Source: Vicingaceae bacterium
Lineage (GTDB): Bacteria > Bacteroidota > Bacteroidia > Flavobacteriales_E > Vicingaceae
Direction: 5' to 3'
Length of the DNA stretch: 64,000 nucleotides
NCBI GenBank assembly: GCA_965284565.1
Contig: OZ260100.1
Location: 1,658,046-1,722,045 of the forward strand
The first letter of the stretch is position 1, and every line of letters begins with the position of its first letter. Both the position numbers and the translations under genes were made by a program. The notes under the pieces were generated by a model. The model was not told the DNA's origin. It was given only the letters and a program-made list of their open reading frames with translations, and ran no database searches. Positions 55,380 through 64,000 of the stretch are shown piece by piece.

Positions 55380-57467
55380 CTATTTCTTATTCAACAAAAA
55401 TTTCTTTATCACATAAACAGTTATCAAAATATATCCTAAAACACTTATCAAAGCATAGTAAATCATTAAATTAGAGGAATAGGTAAAATGTATTTTACCT
55501 TTACCTTTAGCAGGAATTTCAACACCCATTATATGATTGTTGAGTTGATGAATTAGTAGTTTTTTATCATTAAAATATACCTTCCATTGGTGGTGGAAAT
55601 TTTGATTTAGCAACAACCATTGTGGATTGCTAGCCTCATTTTTTATATCGGCAGTAAATTCGTTATAACCGATATGAATAGTTGCTATGTTTGTTTTTTT
55701 AGGTTGAAAATCATGAAGTTGTGGAACATCCCAAATTAAACCACTTTGAATTGTATCGTTAGGTTGTTTTTCTTTTTTAGGAAAAAATAATATAGGATTT
55801 TGGATATTAAAATCAAGTGATTTGTTTCTTGTGGCATTTTCGTAAGTACTAAATTGAAAAGGGTTGTACCCTACATAAGAAATGGTTTTATTAAAAGTTG
55901 ACATGTTTTTCCAAATTCCTTGCGTATAGCTTAACCCTTGATGTTCATCAAAATATTTTAAAGCATTGTCATTATTTTTTTGATTGATTTCATTGGGCAG
56001 TTCATCAAAATAGGTTTTAAAATTACTATACGCATAAGGGTAGGAAATTGTAGTTGGAAAAGCAATTTGGGTTTGCATGCCTAAATCTAAAAAAGCAACC
56101 ATAAAAAGTGTAGCAAAAACGGAAAGCTTCAAACTTTTTTTGAGTAGAAAAACCAATATGCTTATAATTAATAATATTGCTACATTAATTACTATGTGAG
56201 TTGCTAAAAAGTTAGTAGAAAACTCAGTTAAATCAAGTAAGTTAGTAATATTGGTACTAATTTCATTAGTAGAAGTTTTTGTTAGAGATGCCAATCCTGT
56301 CAGCAAAATTAGTACTCCAAGTAAAAATAATATGTATTTATTTTTTCCAGTTAACTTTAGTGTTTGTAGGAAGTTTTTTAAACCGTAAGCAGCAACAATA
56401 AGCATTGCAAAAAGAGCATAAGTCCTGAAAAATGAAGGGTGTCTGAAAACGCCAAAACCAGGTAAATGGTATAGCAGTTGATAAATAAAAGTTTTACTCC
56501 CCATGGCTACAATTAAAAAAGCAAAAGCAAAAAAAGTAAGCAGTAACACGCTTTTGTTTTTATAATGATTAAGAACTCCTACAATGAAGAAAAATAAACC
56601 CACTAAACCAATATATCCGCTTCTGAGCGATAAATCTGTTCCTTTAAACATCTCTGAATCGCTGATAACACCATAAGGAAAAAGAAAAGAAATATAATCT
56701 ACAAAAGTAAATGGATTGGAAAGCAAGAATTTATCGTAAGGTAATTTTGATAACCTGTTGAAGTAAGGCGCAAACTCAATAAACGACATAATGTAAGGAA
56801 GCAATAAAATAGCTGAAACAATCACCATTGTTGCTCCTCCCATAAAAATAAAACTTAGTTGTTGTTTACTTTTTCTGTTTTGCCAAAAGAAATATAGAAA
56901 GATGAAAAAATAAAAATAGACTAATATGATAGTATAAGCGGGACTAGCAGAAGTAGTATTTAAAGCAACAAACAATCCCGAAAGCACAGCATATTTTAGC
57001 TTAAAATTTTTAGAAAATTGATATAACGTTCCCAAACACCAAGGCAGCCAAGCTACACCTGCTAAAAAAACCATTAACTGAGCAGAACCAACCATTAACC
57101 CCGATAAACTAAAACATAATCCAATAATTGCAGCAGTTTTTTCATCTCTTAAAAGAGATTTAATGAACCAATACATGCCTAAACCAGCAATTACAAAGTA
57201 AGAAAGTAATTCAATAATTAGTGACTTCATGGTATATTTACCAAAAAGCATAATGAGCCAAGTAATCGGGTTCCACATACCACTTTGCGGGTCGGAATAA
57301 GCTGGGTAGCCCATATTCTGAAAACTATTCCAGTAGGGAAAATGACCATTCCATAAGTAATCGCTAATAAAATAACGGTAAGGAAGGTAGGCGTTTACAT
57401 TATCCCATTTGGGTACAACCACAAACAACGAAAGTGGCCACAAGCTAACTAAAATAGCCAATACCAT
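55380..57467 (-). CDS. YfhO-family polytopic membrane protein (putative glycosyltransferase)
   Basis: 695 aa with more than 12 TM helices and a C-terminal extracytoplasmic domain plus final TM, the YfhO-type architecture. Assigned by architecture only. Confidence 0.5.
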   Translation of the reverse strand: MVLAILVSLWPLSLFVVVPKWDNVNAYLPYRYFISDYLWNGHFPYWNSFQNMGYPAYSDPQSGMWNPITWLIMLFGKYTMKSLIIELLSYFVIAGLGMYWFIKSLLRDEKTAAIIGLCFSLSGLMVGSAQLMVFLAGVAWLPWCLGTLYQFSKNFKLKYAVLSGLFVALNTTSASPAYTIILVYFYFFIFLYFFWQNRKSKQQLSFIFMGGATMVIVSAILLLPYIMSFIEFAPYFNRLSKLPYDKFLLSNPFTFVDYISFLFPYGVISDSEMFKGTDLSLRSGYIGLVGLFFFIVGVLNHYKNKSVLLLTFFAFAFLIVAMGSKTFIYQLLYHLPGFGVFRHPSFFRTYALFAMLIVAAYGLKNFLQTLKLTGKNKYILFLLGVLILLTGLASLTKTSTNEISTNITNLLDLTEFSTNFLATHIVINVAILLIISILVFLLKKSLKLSVFATLFMVAFLDLGMQTQIAFPTTISYPYAYSNFKTYFDELPNEINQKNNDNALKYFDEHQGLSYTQGIWKNMSTFNKTISYVGYNPFQFSTYENATRNKSLDFNIQNPILFFPKKEKQPNDTIQSGLIWDVPQLHDFQPKKTNIATIHIGYNEFTADIKNEASNPQWLLLNQNFHHQWKVYFNDKKLLIHQLNNHIMGVEIPAKGKGKIHFTYSSNLMIYYALISVLGYILITVYVIKKFLLNKK

Positions 57468-57552
57468 TAAAATGGCATACCGATATGGATAAATGTATTT
57501 TATTTTTTGATGATTTTTTGTTCGAACAAATGTACAATATTTTTAGCTGAAG

Positions 57553-57583
57553 AGTATTTAGGAGTTAACAGTATTTAGAAGTT
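57553..57583. repeat. two copies of 14-mer AGTATTTAGRAGTT separated by 3 nt
   Basis: AGTATTTAGGAGTT (57553-57566) and AGTATTTAGAAGTT (57570-57583). The first is identical to 33473-33486. Confidence 0.8.
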
Positions 57584-57733
57584 GAGTTATTTTTGCGTCT
57601 TGTCGATTTTGCGAGAAATGAGCATATAAGTTCAAGGAAGTTGAATAATCTAACCTCATAAACTAATTTACCTTCATATTAGGAAATAAGAAAAAAACCA
57701 CTAATTTTAGGCTAGATTTTAATATTCAGCAAA

Positions 57734-58537
57734 ATGCAAAAAATAATTTTACTTGTTTTAATAGTTTCAGTAGTGTTTAGTTGCCGAAAGTCTGATAGAG
57801 ACCAAGATAAAACAACTAAAACATCTCAAGATTATGGAACAGCTCAAGCTATGGCTCAAGATGTTTTTAAAATGGTACATCAAGCAGCAATGAGTTCCCA
57901 GGGAATTGTAACCAATTCGCTAACCAATGCCACAACTTTATTTGGTTGCGATACCATAATTGTTGACACTACCGCTAATCCAATGTGGTTGAAAATTCAA
58001 TTTAATACCGATTGTGCTAATAATGGCGTTACTAGAAATGGAGAGATTAAAGCACAATTTACTTCAAAATACGATATGTTAGGCACAACTGCTAAAATCA
58101 GTTTTAATAACTATTACCATAATGGATATTATTTTGAAGGTGTTTTAAATTATTCATTAACGAGCAACACTAACAATCAAGCTACTTTTGTAATGATTGC
58201 CAATGATTTTAAAATTGATGAAGGTAGAAAAAATAGGGCTATTTATTTTAGTTCTAACCAAAATTTCACCATAGAAAGTGGAGCAACTACTGCTGACTTT
58301 ACTGATGACAGCTATAAAATTACAGGAACAGCTACAGGAAGAGCTTTTGCTGGAAATAGTTTTTCAGCAACTACTGATGGCATAACTCAATTAGGAAATT
58401 GCAATTGGGTAAGTAGCGGAACAGCATTGGTAACCCCTCAGGGTTTAGCTGTAAGAAACTTAGATTTTGGTTCAGGCTGCGATAATAGCGCAACAGTTTT
58501 GCTTTATGGAGCAACTTATGAAATAACATTTCCTTAA
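57734..58537 (+). CDS. hypothetical lipoprotein (paralog of 61375..62253)
   Basis: Lipobox VFSC. Shares NYY.N.Y..EG and C-terminal DFG.G.CD..A.....G.TY/F motifs with the 292-aa protein. Confidence 0.6.
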   Translation: MQKIILLVLIVSVVFSCRKSDRDQDKTTKTSQDYGTAQAMAQDVFKMVHQAAMSSQGIVTNSLTNATTLFGCDTIIVDTTANPMWLKIQFNTDCANNGVTRNGEIKAQFTSKYDMLGTTAKISFNNYYHNGYYFEGVLNYSLTSNTNNQATFVMIANDFKIDEGRKNRAIYFSSNQNFTIESGATTADFTDDSYKITGTATGRAFAGNSFSATTDGITQLGNCNWVSSGTALVTPQGLAVRNLDFGSGCDNSATVLLYGATYEITFP

Positions 58538-58557
58538 CTTTAAACTTCAAACACCTT

Positions 58558-59397
58558 ATGTTAACAATAGATCCAAAAGAAATACCAGTACCAAAACTCC
58601 ATCATTATTTACTTGGAGGTGTTGGTCCGAGACCAATAGCTTTAGCAAGCACAGTAGATAAAGACGGTAATCCGAATTTAAGTCCGTTTAGTTTTTTTAA
58701 TGTGTTTAGTGCCAATCCACCAATTATGGTTTTTTCTCCCGCTCGTAGCGGAAGAACAGGAGCTACTAAAAATACTTTCGATAATGTGAAAGAAACCAAA
58801 GAAGTGGTAATAAATGTGGTAACGTATGATATTGTTCAACAGGTTTCACTTTCTAGTTCTCCTTATGAAAAAGGCGTAGATGAATTTATAAAATCAGGGT
58901 TGACACCTGTTGCTTCAGATTTGATAAAACCGTTCAGGGTAAAAGAATCTCCAGTGCAGTTTGAGTGTAAAGTAAATGATATTATTGAGTTGGGACAAAA
59001 TGGCGGAGCAGGAAATTTGGTAATTTGCGAAGTAGTAAAAATTCATATTAATGAAAATGTGTTGGATGAAAATAATATGATAGACCAACAAAAAATTGAC
59101 TTAGTAAGTCGTATGGGCGGGAACTGGTATTGCCGTGCCGACCAACATGCTATGTTTGAGGTTGCCAAACCAATTACTACTATTGGAATAGGAGTAGATG
59201 CCATTCCTGAACCTATAAGAAACAGTACTGTTTTAACAGGTAATGAGTTAGGCTTATTAGGAAGTGTAGAACAAATTCCTACAAAAGAGGAAGTTGCTGT
59301 TTTTCATTATGATGGTAATAAACCGCATCAAGATGCACATGTTTTGCTTAAACAAGGTAGAGTTATAGAAGCATGGAAAGTGTTATTGAAAGGATAA
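58558..59397 (+). CDS. flavin reductase family protein (FMN-binding split barrel)
   Basis: PRPIALASTVDKDGNPNLSPFSFFNVFSANPPIMVFSP is typical of Flavin_Reduct domain proteins. Confidence 0.75.
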   Translation: MLTIDPKEIPVPKLHHYLLGGVGPRPIALASTVDKDGNPNLSPFSFFNVFSANPPIMVFSPARSGRTGATKNTFDNVKETKEVVINVVTYDIVQQVSLSSSPYEKGVDEFIKSGLTPVASDLIKPFRVKESPVQFECKVNDIIELGQNGGAGNLVICEVVKIHINENVLDENNMIDQQKIDLVSRMGGNWYCRADQHAMFEVAKPITTIGIGVDAIPEPIRNSTVLTGNELGLLGSVEQIPTKEEVAVFHYDGNKPHQDAHVLLKQGRVIEAWKVLLKG

Positions 59398-59428
59398 ACT
59401 ATTAAACTTTTAAATCTCATAGACTAAT

Positions 59429-60829
59429 TTGTCTTTTTCAGAAAAATATACCAGAGCATTTAAATATCTATTGCCTACGCCATTTACCATTGCTGTAGTA
59501 CTTACCTTAGTTACTTTTTTTATTGTACTTTTTACCACCAAACCTATTAACAGTGGTTTTGCAGCTTATTCTTATGATGTGTTACATTTTTGGGAGCAAG
59601 GTTTTTGGGATAACGGCTTGTTGGTTTTTGCTGTCCAGATGATGTTGATGTTAGTGCTTGGACATGTATTGGCATTGACAAAACCATTTAATAGTTTAAT
59701 TTTAATGGTGGTAAAACATTGTACTACCACAGCCAAAGCAGCTTTTTTAGTAACATTGTTAACGGTTTTAGTAAGCTTATTCAATTGGGGATTAGGATTA
59801 ATTTTCGGGGCTATTTTTGCCAGAAAGGTAGGTGAGTACGCAAAACAACATCAACTTTCTATAAATTATCCGTTAATTGGAGCAGCAGGTTATTCTGGTT
59901 TGATGGTTTGGCATGGCGGACTTTCAGGTTCGTCACTGGCAAAAGTTGCTGAAGACAACCATATAAAAGATATGATGACAGGAGTTTTTAATGAGTCTCA
60001 ATTAGCTGCTTTGCCAGATAAAATTTCTTATGCTGAAACCGTTTGGTCGCCCATGAATATTGTAGTAATGTTGATGGTAATTGTAATTTTACCTCTTGCC
60101 ATGTTTTGGTTGGGAAAAAGAACCACATCAGCCACTTTTACATTGATTACTCTTAGTAATAATGAAACAGAAAAGGTAGATTTTACCACACTCGAAGGAG
60201 CTGAAAAACTAGATTATTCCCGAATGTTTTCCTTGTTTTTTGGAGGAGCCATTTTGTGTTACTTGGCAGTTAAAATTGTAACGTTACACCATTTTAATGT
60301 ATTGGATTTCTTTACTCCCAATAATATTAACATGCTTTTGTTGGCATTGGGAATAACGCTTCATAAAAATTTTACAGCATTTTTATCTGCTTTAGATGAA
60401 GCTATTTTAGGAGCAGCAGGAATTTTAATTCAATTTCCATTGTATTTCGGAATTATGGGAATGATGAAAAACAGTGGCTTAATAGCTGATATTGCTGATT
60501 TTTTTGTTTCCATATCCAATACGGTAACCTATCCTATTTATACTTTTTTCAGTGCGGGATTAATTAATGTTTTTGTACCAAGTGGTGGTGGACAATGGGC
60601 TGTGCAAGGACCAATTATTGTGCAGGCAGCTCAAGATATAGGAGTAAGTTTACCCAAAAGTATTTTAGCATTAGCTTACGGAGATCAGTTAACCAACATG
60701 TTGCAGCCTTTTTGGGCATTGCCATTGTTGGGTATTACAGGACTTAAAGCCAAAGAAATACTACCTTATACTTTGTTTTTAATGTTGGTCGGATTAATCA
60801 TTTTTGTAAGTTGTTTATTAATATTTTAG
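59429..60829 (+). CDS. short-chain fatty acid transporter (AtoE family)
   Basis: TTG start. N-terminus FSEKYTRAFKYLLPTPFTIAVVLT, ...WHGGLSGS..., ...PSGGGQWAVQGPI... motifs of the AtoE family. Confidence 0.75.
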   Translation: MSFSEKYTRAFKYLLPTPFTIAVVLTLVTFFIVLFTTKPINSGFAAYSYDVLHFWEQGFWDNGLLVFAVQMMLMLVLGHVLALTKPFNSLILMVVKHCTTTAKAAFLVTLLTVLVSLFNWGLGLIFGAIFARKVGEYAKQHQLSINYPLIGAAGYSGLMVWHGGLSGSSLAKVAEDNHIKDMMTGVFNESQLAALPDKISYAETVWSPMNIVVMLMVIVILPLAMFWLGKRTTSATFTLITLSNNETEKVDFTTLEGAEKLDYSRMFSLFFGGAILCYLAVKIVTLHHFNVLDFFTPNNINMLLLALGITLHKNFTAFLSALDEAILGAAGILIQFPLYFGIMGMMKNSGLIADIADFFVSISNTVTYPIYTFFSAGLINVFVPSGGGQWAVQGPIIVQAAQDIGVSLPKSILALAYGDQLTNMLQPFWALPLLGITGLKAKEILPYTLFLMLVGLIIFVSCLLIF

Positions 60830-60830
60830 T

Positions 60831-61301
60831 ATGAAGAAATTATTGCCATATTTGTTTATCGTTCCTGTTTTGTTGATTTCAGGATGTTCTTGGGTAGAAT
60901 ATTTTACAGTAGGGAACAAAACAGATAGTCCAATTACTGTTACTTATGCATTAGATGAGTTGGAAGAAGGCAATATCTTTGGAATTTTCACCAACATTCC
61001 AGAGGCTTATCAATTATCTAAATCGAGTAAAATACAATGGGATAATAAAGTTAAATTAGAAGATTTGGATGAAAACCCAGCAATAGTTAAAGTTATTTTA
61101 CCTCCAAAAACGGTAATGATATTTGGCAGACTACACAATGATACTTACGAAAGCAACAACCAATCATTTATTAATAGCCGAGATTTTAATTTTAACAATA
61201 TGGTAATTGAACATCAAGAGCAAACTACTCAAATTACAAAAGCTACTTTTGATACTTATTTTGTTAAGAAAAATGGGTTTGTCAAATTTGATGTGGAATG
61301 A
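60831..61301 (+). CDS. hypothetical lipoprotein
   Basis: Lipobox LISGC; starts 2 nt after the AtoE-like gene; 156 aa. Confidence 0.5.
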   Translation: MKKLLPYLFIVPVLLISGCSWVEYFTVGNKTDSPITVTYALDELEEGNIFGIFTNIPEAYQLSKSSKIQWDNKVKLEDLDENPAIVKVILPPKTVMIFGRLHNDTYESNNQSFINSRDFNFNNMVIEHQEQTTQITKATFDTYFVKKNGFVKFDVE

Positions 61302-61320
61302 AAATCAATTTTATATCATA

Positions 61321-61352
61321 AAAAAAATCCTGCTCAAAAGAACAGGATTTTC
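61321..61352. terminator. bidirectional terminator between convergent genes
   Basis: 9-bp stem AAAATCCTG / CAGGATTTT flanked by A-run and T-run. Confidence 0.65.
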
Positions 61353-61374
61353 TATGTTTATTATAAGAGTTTAA

Positions 61375-62253
61375 TCAATACATCATAAAATTAAAGGTAT
61401 ATCCGGCAATAGTGATAGAAGCATTTTGGTCGCAAGCTCCATTACCAAAATCTATGGTTCTGGTTAACATTCCTGAAGGATTGATGTCTATCGTCCCACT
61501 CACCAACCAACGGCAACAAATTTCTTTTCTTAGTGGAGATGTAATTTGCATGGTATAAGCCAAGCCACCTCTATTTACACCATTAGCAGAACCTGTAATT
61601 AAATACACATCATCACAAATTCCTGTTAACCCATGTGTAAAAAGTGTAGTAGCTTCACCAGCAATCCATTCATTGGTTCTTGTAGAAGCCCAAGTGGCAA
61701 CTCCGCCATTGTTTGGATAAGTAATTTGTCCATTGCTAACTTGTACTGTAAAAGAAAGGTTATTGTTGGTGTTTCGTCCGTTATTGGTAATTTGTTTAGT
61801 GCCTTCAATTTTGTAGTCGTTAACATAATAATTTTGCATTTGAACTGTTAACACACTTCCTGGATTTCTATATCTGTCTGAAATAGTCACGGTAATAATT
61901 CCTCTTCTGTTTTTTCCATCATTACCCATGCAATTGGTAGTTCCAAAATCTATGGTTAATGTTTTTGGCCAAGTTAAGGTGTCGTTCCAAGCAGGAGTAA
62001 TTGAAAAAGTAGCACAATTACCAAAAGTAAAACTTGATTTTTGAGTAGCACTTTTCCCTTCGTCATCAACCACTTCTACCACTACTTTTCTAACATCTTC
62101 AAACATGGATTCTGCTATCCAGTTATCAGCAGTAGAGTTAGTATTATAATCAGGTGTAGGTACGGGGTCTTTTTCTTTTTTACAAGAAGTAACCAATAGT
62201 GGAATACTGATGCATACAATTAATGCAAGTTTTAATGGTTTTAATTTTTTCAT
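61375..62253 (-). CDS. hypothetical lipoprotein (paralog of 57734..58537)
   Basis: Lipobox VTSC; same motif set as the 267-aa paralog, ending IDFGNGACDQNASITIAGYTFNF. Confidence 0.6.
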   Translation of the reverse strand: MKKLKPLKLALIVCISIPLLVTSCKKEKDPVPTPDYNTNSTADNWIAESMFEDVRKVVVEVVDDEGKSATQKSSFTFGNCATFSITPAWNDTLTWPKTLTIDFGTTNCMGNDGKNRRGIITVTISDRYRNPGSVLTVQMQNYYVNDYKIEGTKQITNNGRNTNNNLSFTVQVSNGQITYPNNGGVATWASTRTNEWIAGEATTLFTHGLTGICDDVYLITGSANGVNRGGLAYTMQITSPLRKEICCRWLVSGTIDINPSGMLTRTIDFGNGACDQNASITIAGYTFNFMMY

Positions 62254-62308
62254 AATGAATATGTTATTAATTGGTTAAACAAAATTATGAAAAAATGATA
62301 AACAAAAA

Positions 62309-63544
62309 TTAAACCACAGGTAAATCATCCACTGTTTTAGAGTCTAATGCATCTCTTAGTCCATTTCCAACTAAGATAAATGCTAATACCATTAGAACAA
62401 TGGCAATCCCTGGAAAAGCAGCTAGATAAGCATTTCCAGTAATAATGTATCCTTTGTGTTCGGCAATAATTTTTCCCCAAGTAGCTTGTGGTGGTTGAGC
62501 ACCAATGCCGATAAAGCTTAATCCAGCTTCAACTAGAATAGCAGCAGCAAAATTGATGGCTGAAATAACAATTACAGGGCCTAATACATTCGGAATAATA
62601 TGTCCAGAAATAATTCTAAAGTTAGTAAAGCCTAAGGCCCTACCTGCTTCAACAAATTCCTTTTCTCTTAAACTTAATACTTGTCCACGCACCACACGAG
62701 CAACCTCCACCCACATGGTTAAACCAACAGCAATAAATACTTGCCAGTGCCCTTTGCCGAGTGCTAAAGTAATTGCAATTACCAATAATAAAGTAGGAAT
62801 AGACCAAACTACATTAATAATCCAAATAATAACATCATCAACCCATCCTCTAAAGTATCCACCAATAGCCCCAAGAGTAATACCAATTACTAATGAGATA
62901 AATACAGAAATAAACCCCACAGATAGTGAAATCCATGTCCCAGCCATCAATCTACTTAACAAGTCTCTGCCATATTTGTCAGTTCCTAAATAGTAGGTTT
63001 TTCTAATAATGTTTTCTGATTTAATTTCTTTTTGAAGTTCTTCAATGGTCATAGTTTTCTTACCTTCTTCATATGTGTAAAATTCTAAAGAACCATTAGT
63101 TTCATTGATTTGAGTGTTTTCCAAAGAAAAAACTACGTCAGCTAGATCAATTTTTTCTATAGGTCCATTATTTACATCTCCTCCAGTATATTTTTCTACA
63201 ACAATTTTAGTTCCTTCAAAACTATAGTCATAAACAGGGATGATTTGATAGGTGTTCTCAATCCCTTCAGAAAATTTAGACCACAACGATTGATTGAGGG
63301 CTTTTCTATTTTTCTTTATTTTTAATAAATCAATAGTAAAGCCAGGTTTTTTTGTAGTTAATTCCAATGTTTGGTCGTTTGCCTTTGGAGTGTTGTCAGG
63401 ACGAGCTAAAGGACCTGAAATAGCTACCATAGCTGCTACAAAAATAATAAGCATACCAAAAACAGAAAGCTTATTTCTTTTAAGTCTCTGCCAAGCCATT
63501 TTGCTCAACGACTTCGATTTTGTATTATTTTTTGTATTACTCAT
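62309..63544 (-). CDS. ABC transporter permease (OppC/DppC-type, BPD_transp_1) with long N-terminal periplasmic insert
   Basis: EAA loop EFVEAGRALGFTNFRIISGHIIPN; 6 TM; about 170-aa insert after TM1. Confidence 0.85.
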   Translation of the reverse strand: MSNTKNNTKSKSLSKMAWQRLKRNKLSVFGMLIIFVAAMVAISGPLARPDNTPKANDQTLELTTKKPGFTIDLLKIKKNRKALNQSLWSKFSEGIENTYQIIPVYDYSFEGTKIVVEKYTGGDVNNGPIEKIDLADVVFSLENTQINETNGSLEFYTYEEGKKTMTIEELQKEIKSENIIRKTYYLGTDKYGRDLLSRLMAGTWISLSVGFISVFISLVIGITLGAIGGYFRGWVDDVIIWIINVVWSIPTLLLVIAITLALGKGHWQVFIAVGLTMWVEVARVVRGQVLSLREKEFVEAGRALGFTNFRIISGHIIPNVLGPVIVISAINFAAAILVEAGLSFIGIGAQPPQATWGKIIAEHKGYIITGNAYLAAFPGIAIVLMVLAFILVGNGLRDALDSKTVDDLPVV

Positions 63545-64000
63545 TATACTTTCTTCCCTTCCATTTGAAATTTGTAATTAACGCCAATAACCCTATAAAC
63601 ACAATGTATATAGGATAAATTAGTACTACAAATACAAAAAGAACAAGATGCTTTTTCTTATTAAAGAAGTTTGCAGCCAAATATAGTAATATAAAATCAA
63701 TAAGCCATTTAGAAGTGAGTAAGATTATACCAACAACCCAAAAACTATCGACCAACAATATTTCAGCATAGATTAAAAGCTGAATAAGATTAGAAATGTA
63801 AACAATTGAACTAAAATATATTAAATTAGAGTTTTTGTATTTTTTTGCTTTCGATGCCCACCTTAATCTTTGTTGTAAAAAAGCTGAAAATGTTGATGTT
63901 TTAGCAGTATTAACAATAAAGTTTGTGTCTAAAATACCATTAATAGCTTCTTTTTGCTGAATAAATTTTTCCAACAGAAAAACATCATCACCAGAAGGTG
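63537..64000 (-). CDS. glycosyltransferase family 2 protein, C-terminal part (5' end outside window)
   Basis: The frame stays open to the window edge (...PSGDDVFLLEKFIQQ...). QQRLRWASKA motif plus C-terminal TM helices. Overlaps the next gene by 8 nt. Confidence 0.65.
   Translation of the reverse strand, partial: PSGDDVFLLEKFIQQKEAINGILDTNFIVNTAKTSTFSAFLQQRLRWASKAKKYKNSNLIYFSSIVYISNLIQLLIYAEILLVDSFWVVGIILLTSKWLIDFILLYLAANFFNKKKHLVLFVFVVLIYPIYIVFIGLLALITNFKWKGRKYNE

Noticed and set aside
57468-57545. N-terminal extension of the YfhO-like protein (frame open to 57546, reading …KIKYIYPYRYAIL before the ATG)
   Set aside because: There is no ATG/GTG/TTG in the extension. Unlike the PagL-like case, the annotated start already precedes the first TM helix, so the evidence is insufficient to move the start.
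62505-62993. 162-aa ORF antisense to the ABC permease, and similar shadows at 53981..54313, 13733..14092, 26071..26382, 32061..32354, 7896..8171, 36023..36274, 44115..44354
   Set aside because: All lie entirely inside longer ORFs that carry clear family motifs on the opposite strand. Their sequences are low-complexity (P/S/T/I-rich), as expected for antisense frames of AT-rich genes, and they have no promoter boxes.

Overview
Low-GC chromosomal segment (roughly 30-35% G+C by eye) that looks like a Bacteroidota genome, most likely Flavobacteriia-type. Supporting signs: a T9SS C-terminal sorting domain, a GWxTD protein, and TAnnTTTG -7 promoter boxes in front of many genes and all four tRNAs. 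I call about 64 protein-coding genes and 4 tRNAs (Ser-UGA, Ser-GCU, Phe-GAA, Arg-UCG). I found no rRNA, CRISPR array, integrase, transposase or phage structural genes. Most of the window is housekeeping: gcvH; rpsP-rimM; yceD-rpmF-fabH-accB-accC; murQ; dacB; a long minus-strand run coaX-OMP-TPR-lptC-CorC-M1 peptidase; bioA; a Pif1-type helicase; and several envelope glycosyltransferases.

Items worth a second look:
1. A ~2 kb accessory islet (28.1-30.1 kb) carries a putAbiC-like two-TM protein and a 4-TM partner, embedded in GC-hairpin repeat relics.
2. A minus-strand operon (33.9-37.8 kb) encodes a membrane-anchored methyltransferase and a PCMH-type FAD oxidase fused to a ~320-aa unassigned domain.
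3. A phosphate-acquisition cluster (50.1-55.2 kb) has two promoters, each preceded by TTAACA-N5-TTAACA direct repeats (PhoP/PhoB-box architecture). It includes an aquaporin-fold protein whose NPA motifs are IPF and NPF.
4. Two short repeat families and a 512-nt gene-free convergent spacer.
5. A stand-alone DEAD-box domain-1 protein with an EDAD motif.
6. A pair of paralogous lipoproteins.

No multi-gene novel system is proven here; the candidates are hypotheses with explicit tests. All family assignments come from motifs read by eye and need HMM or BLAST confirmation.
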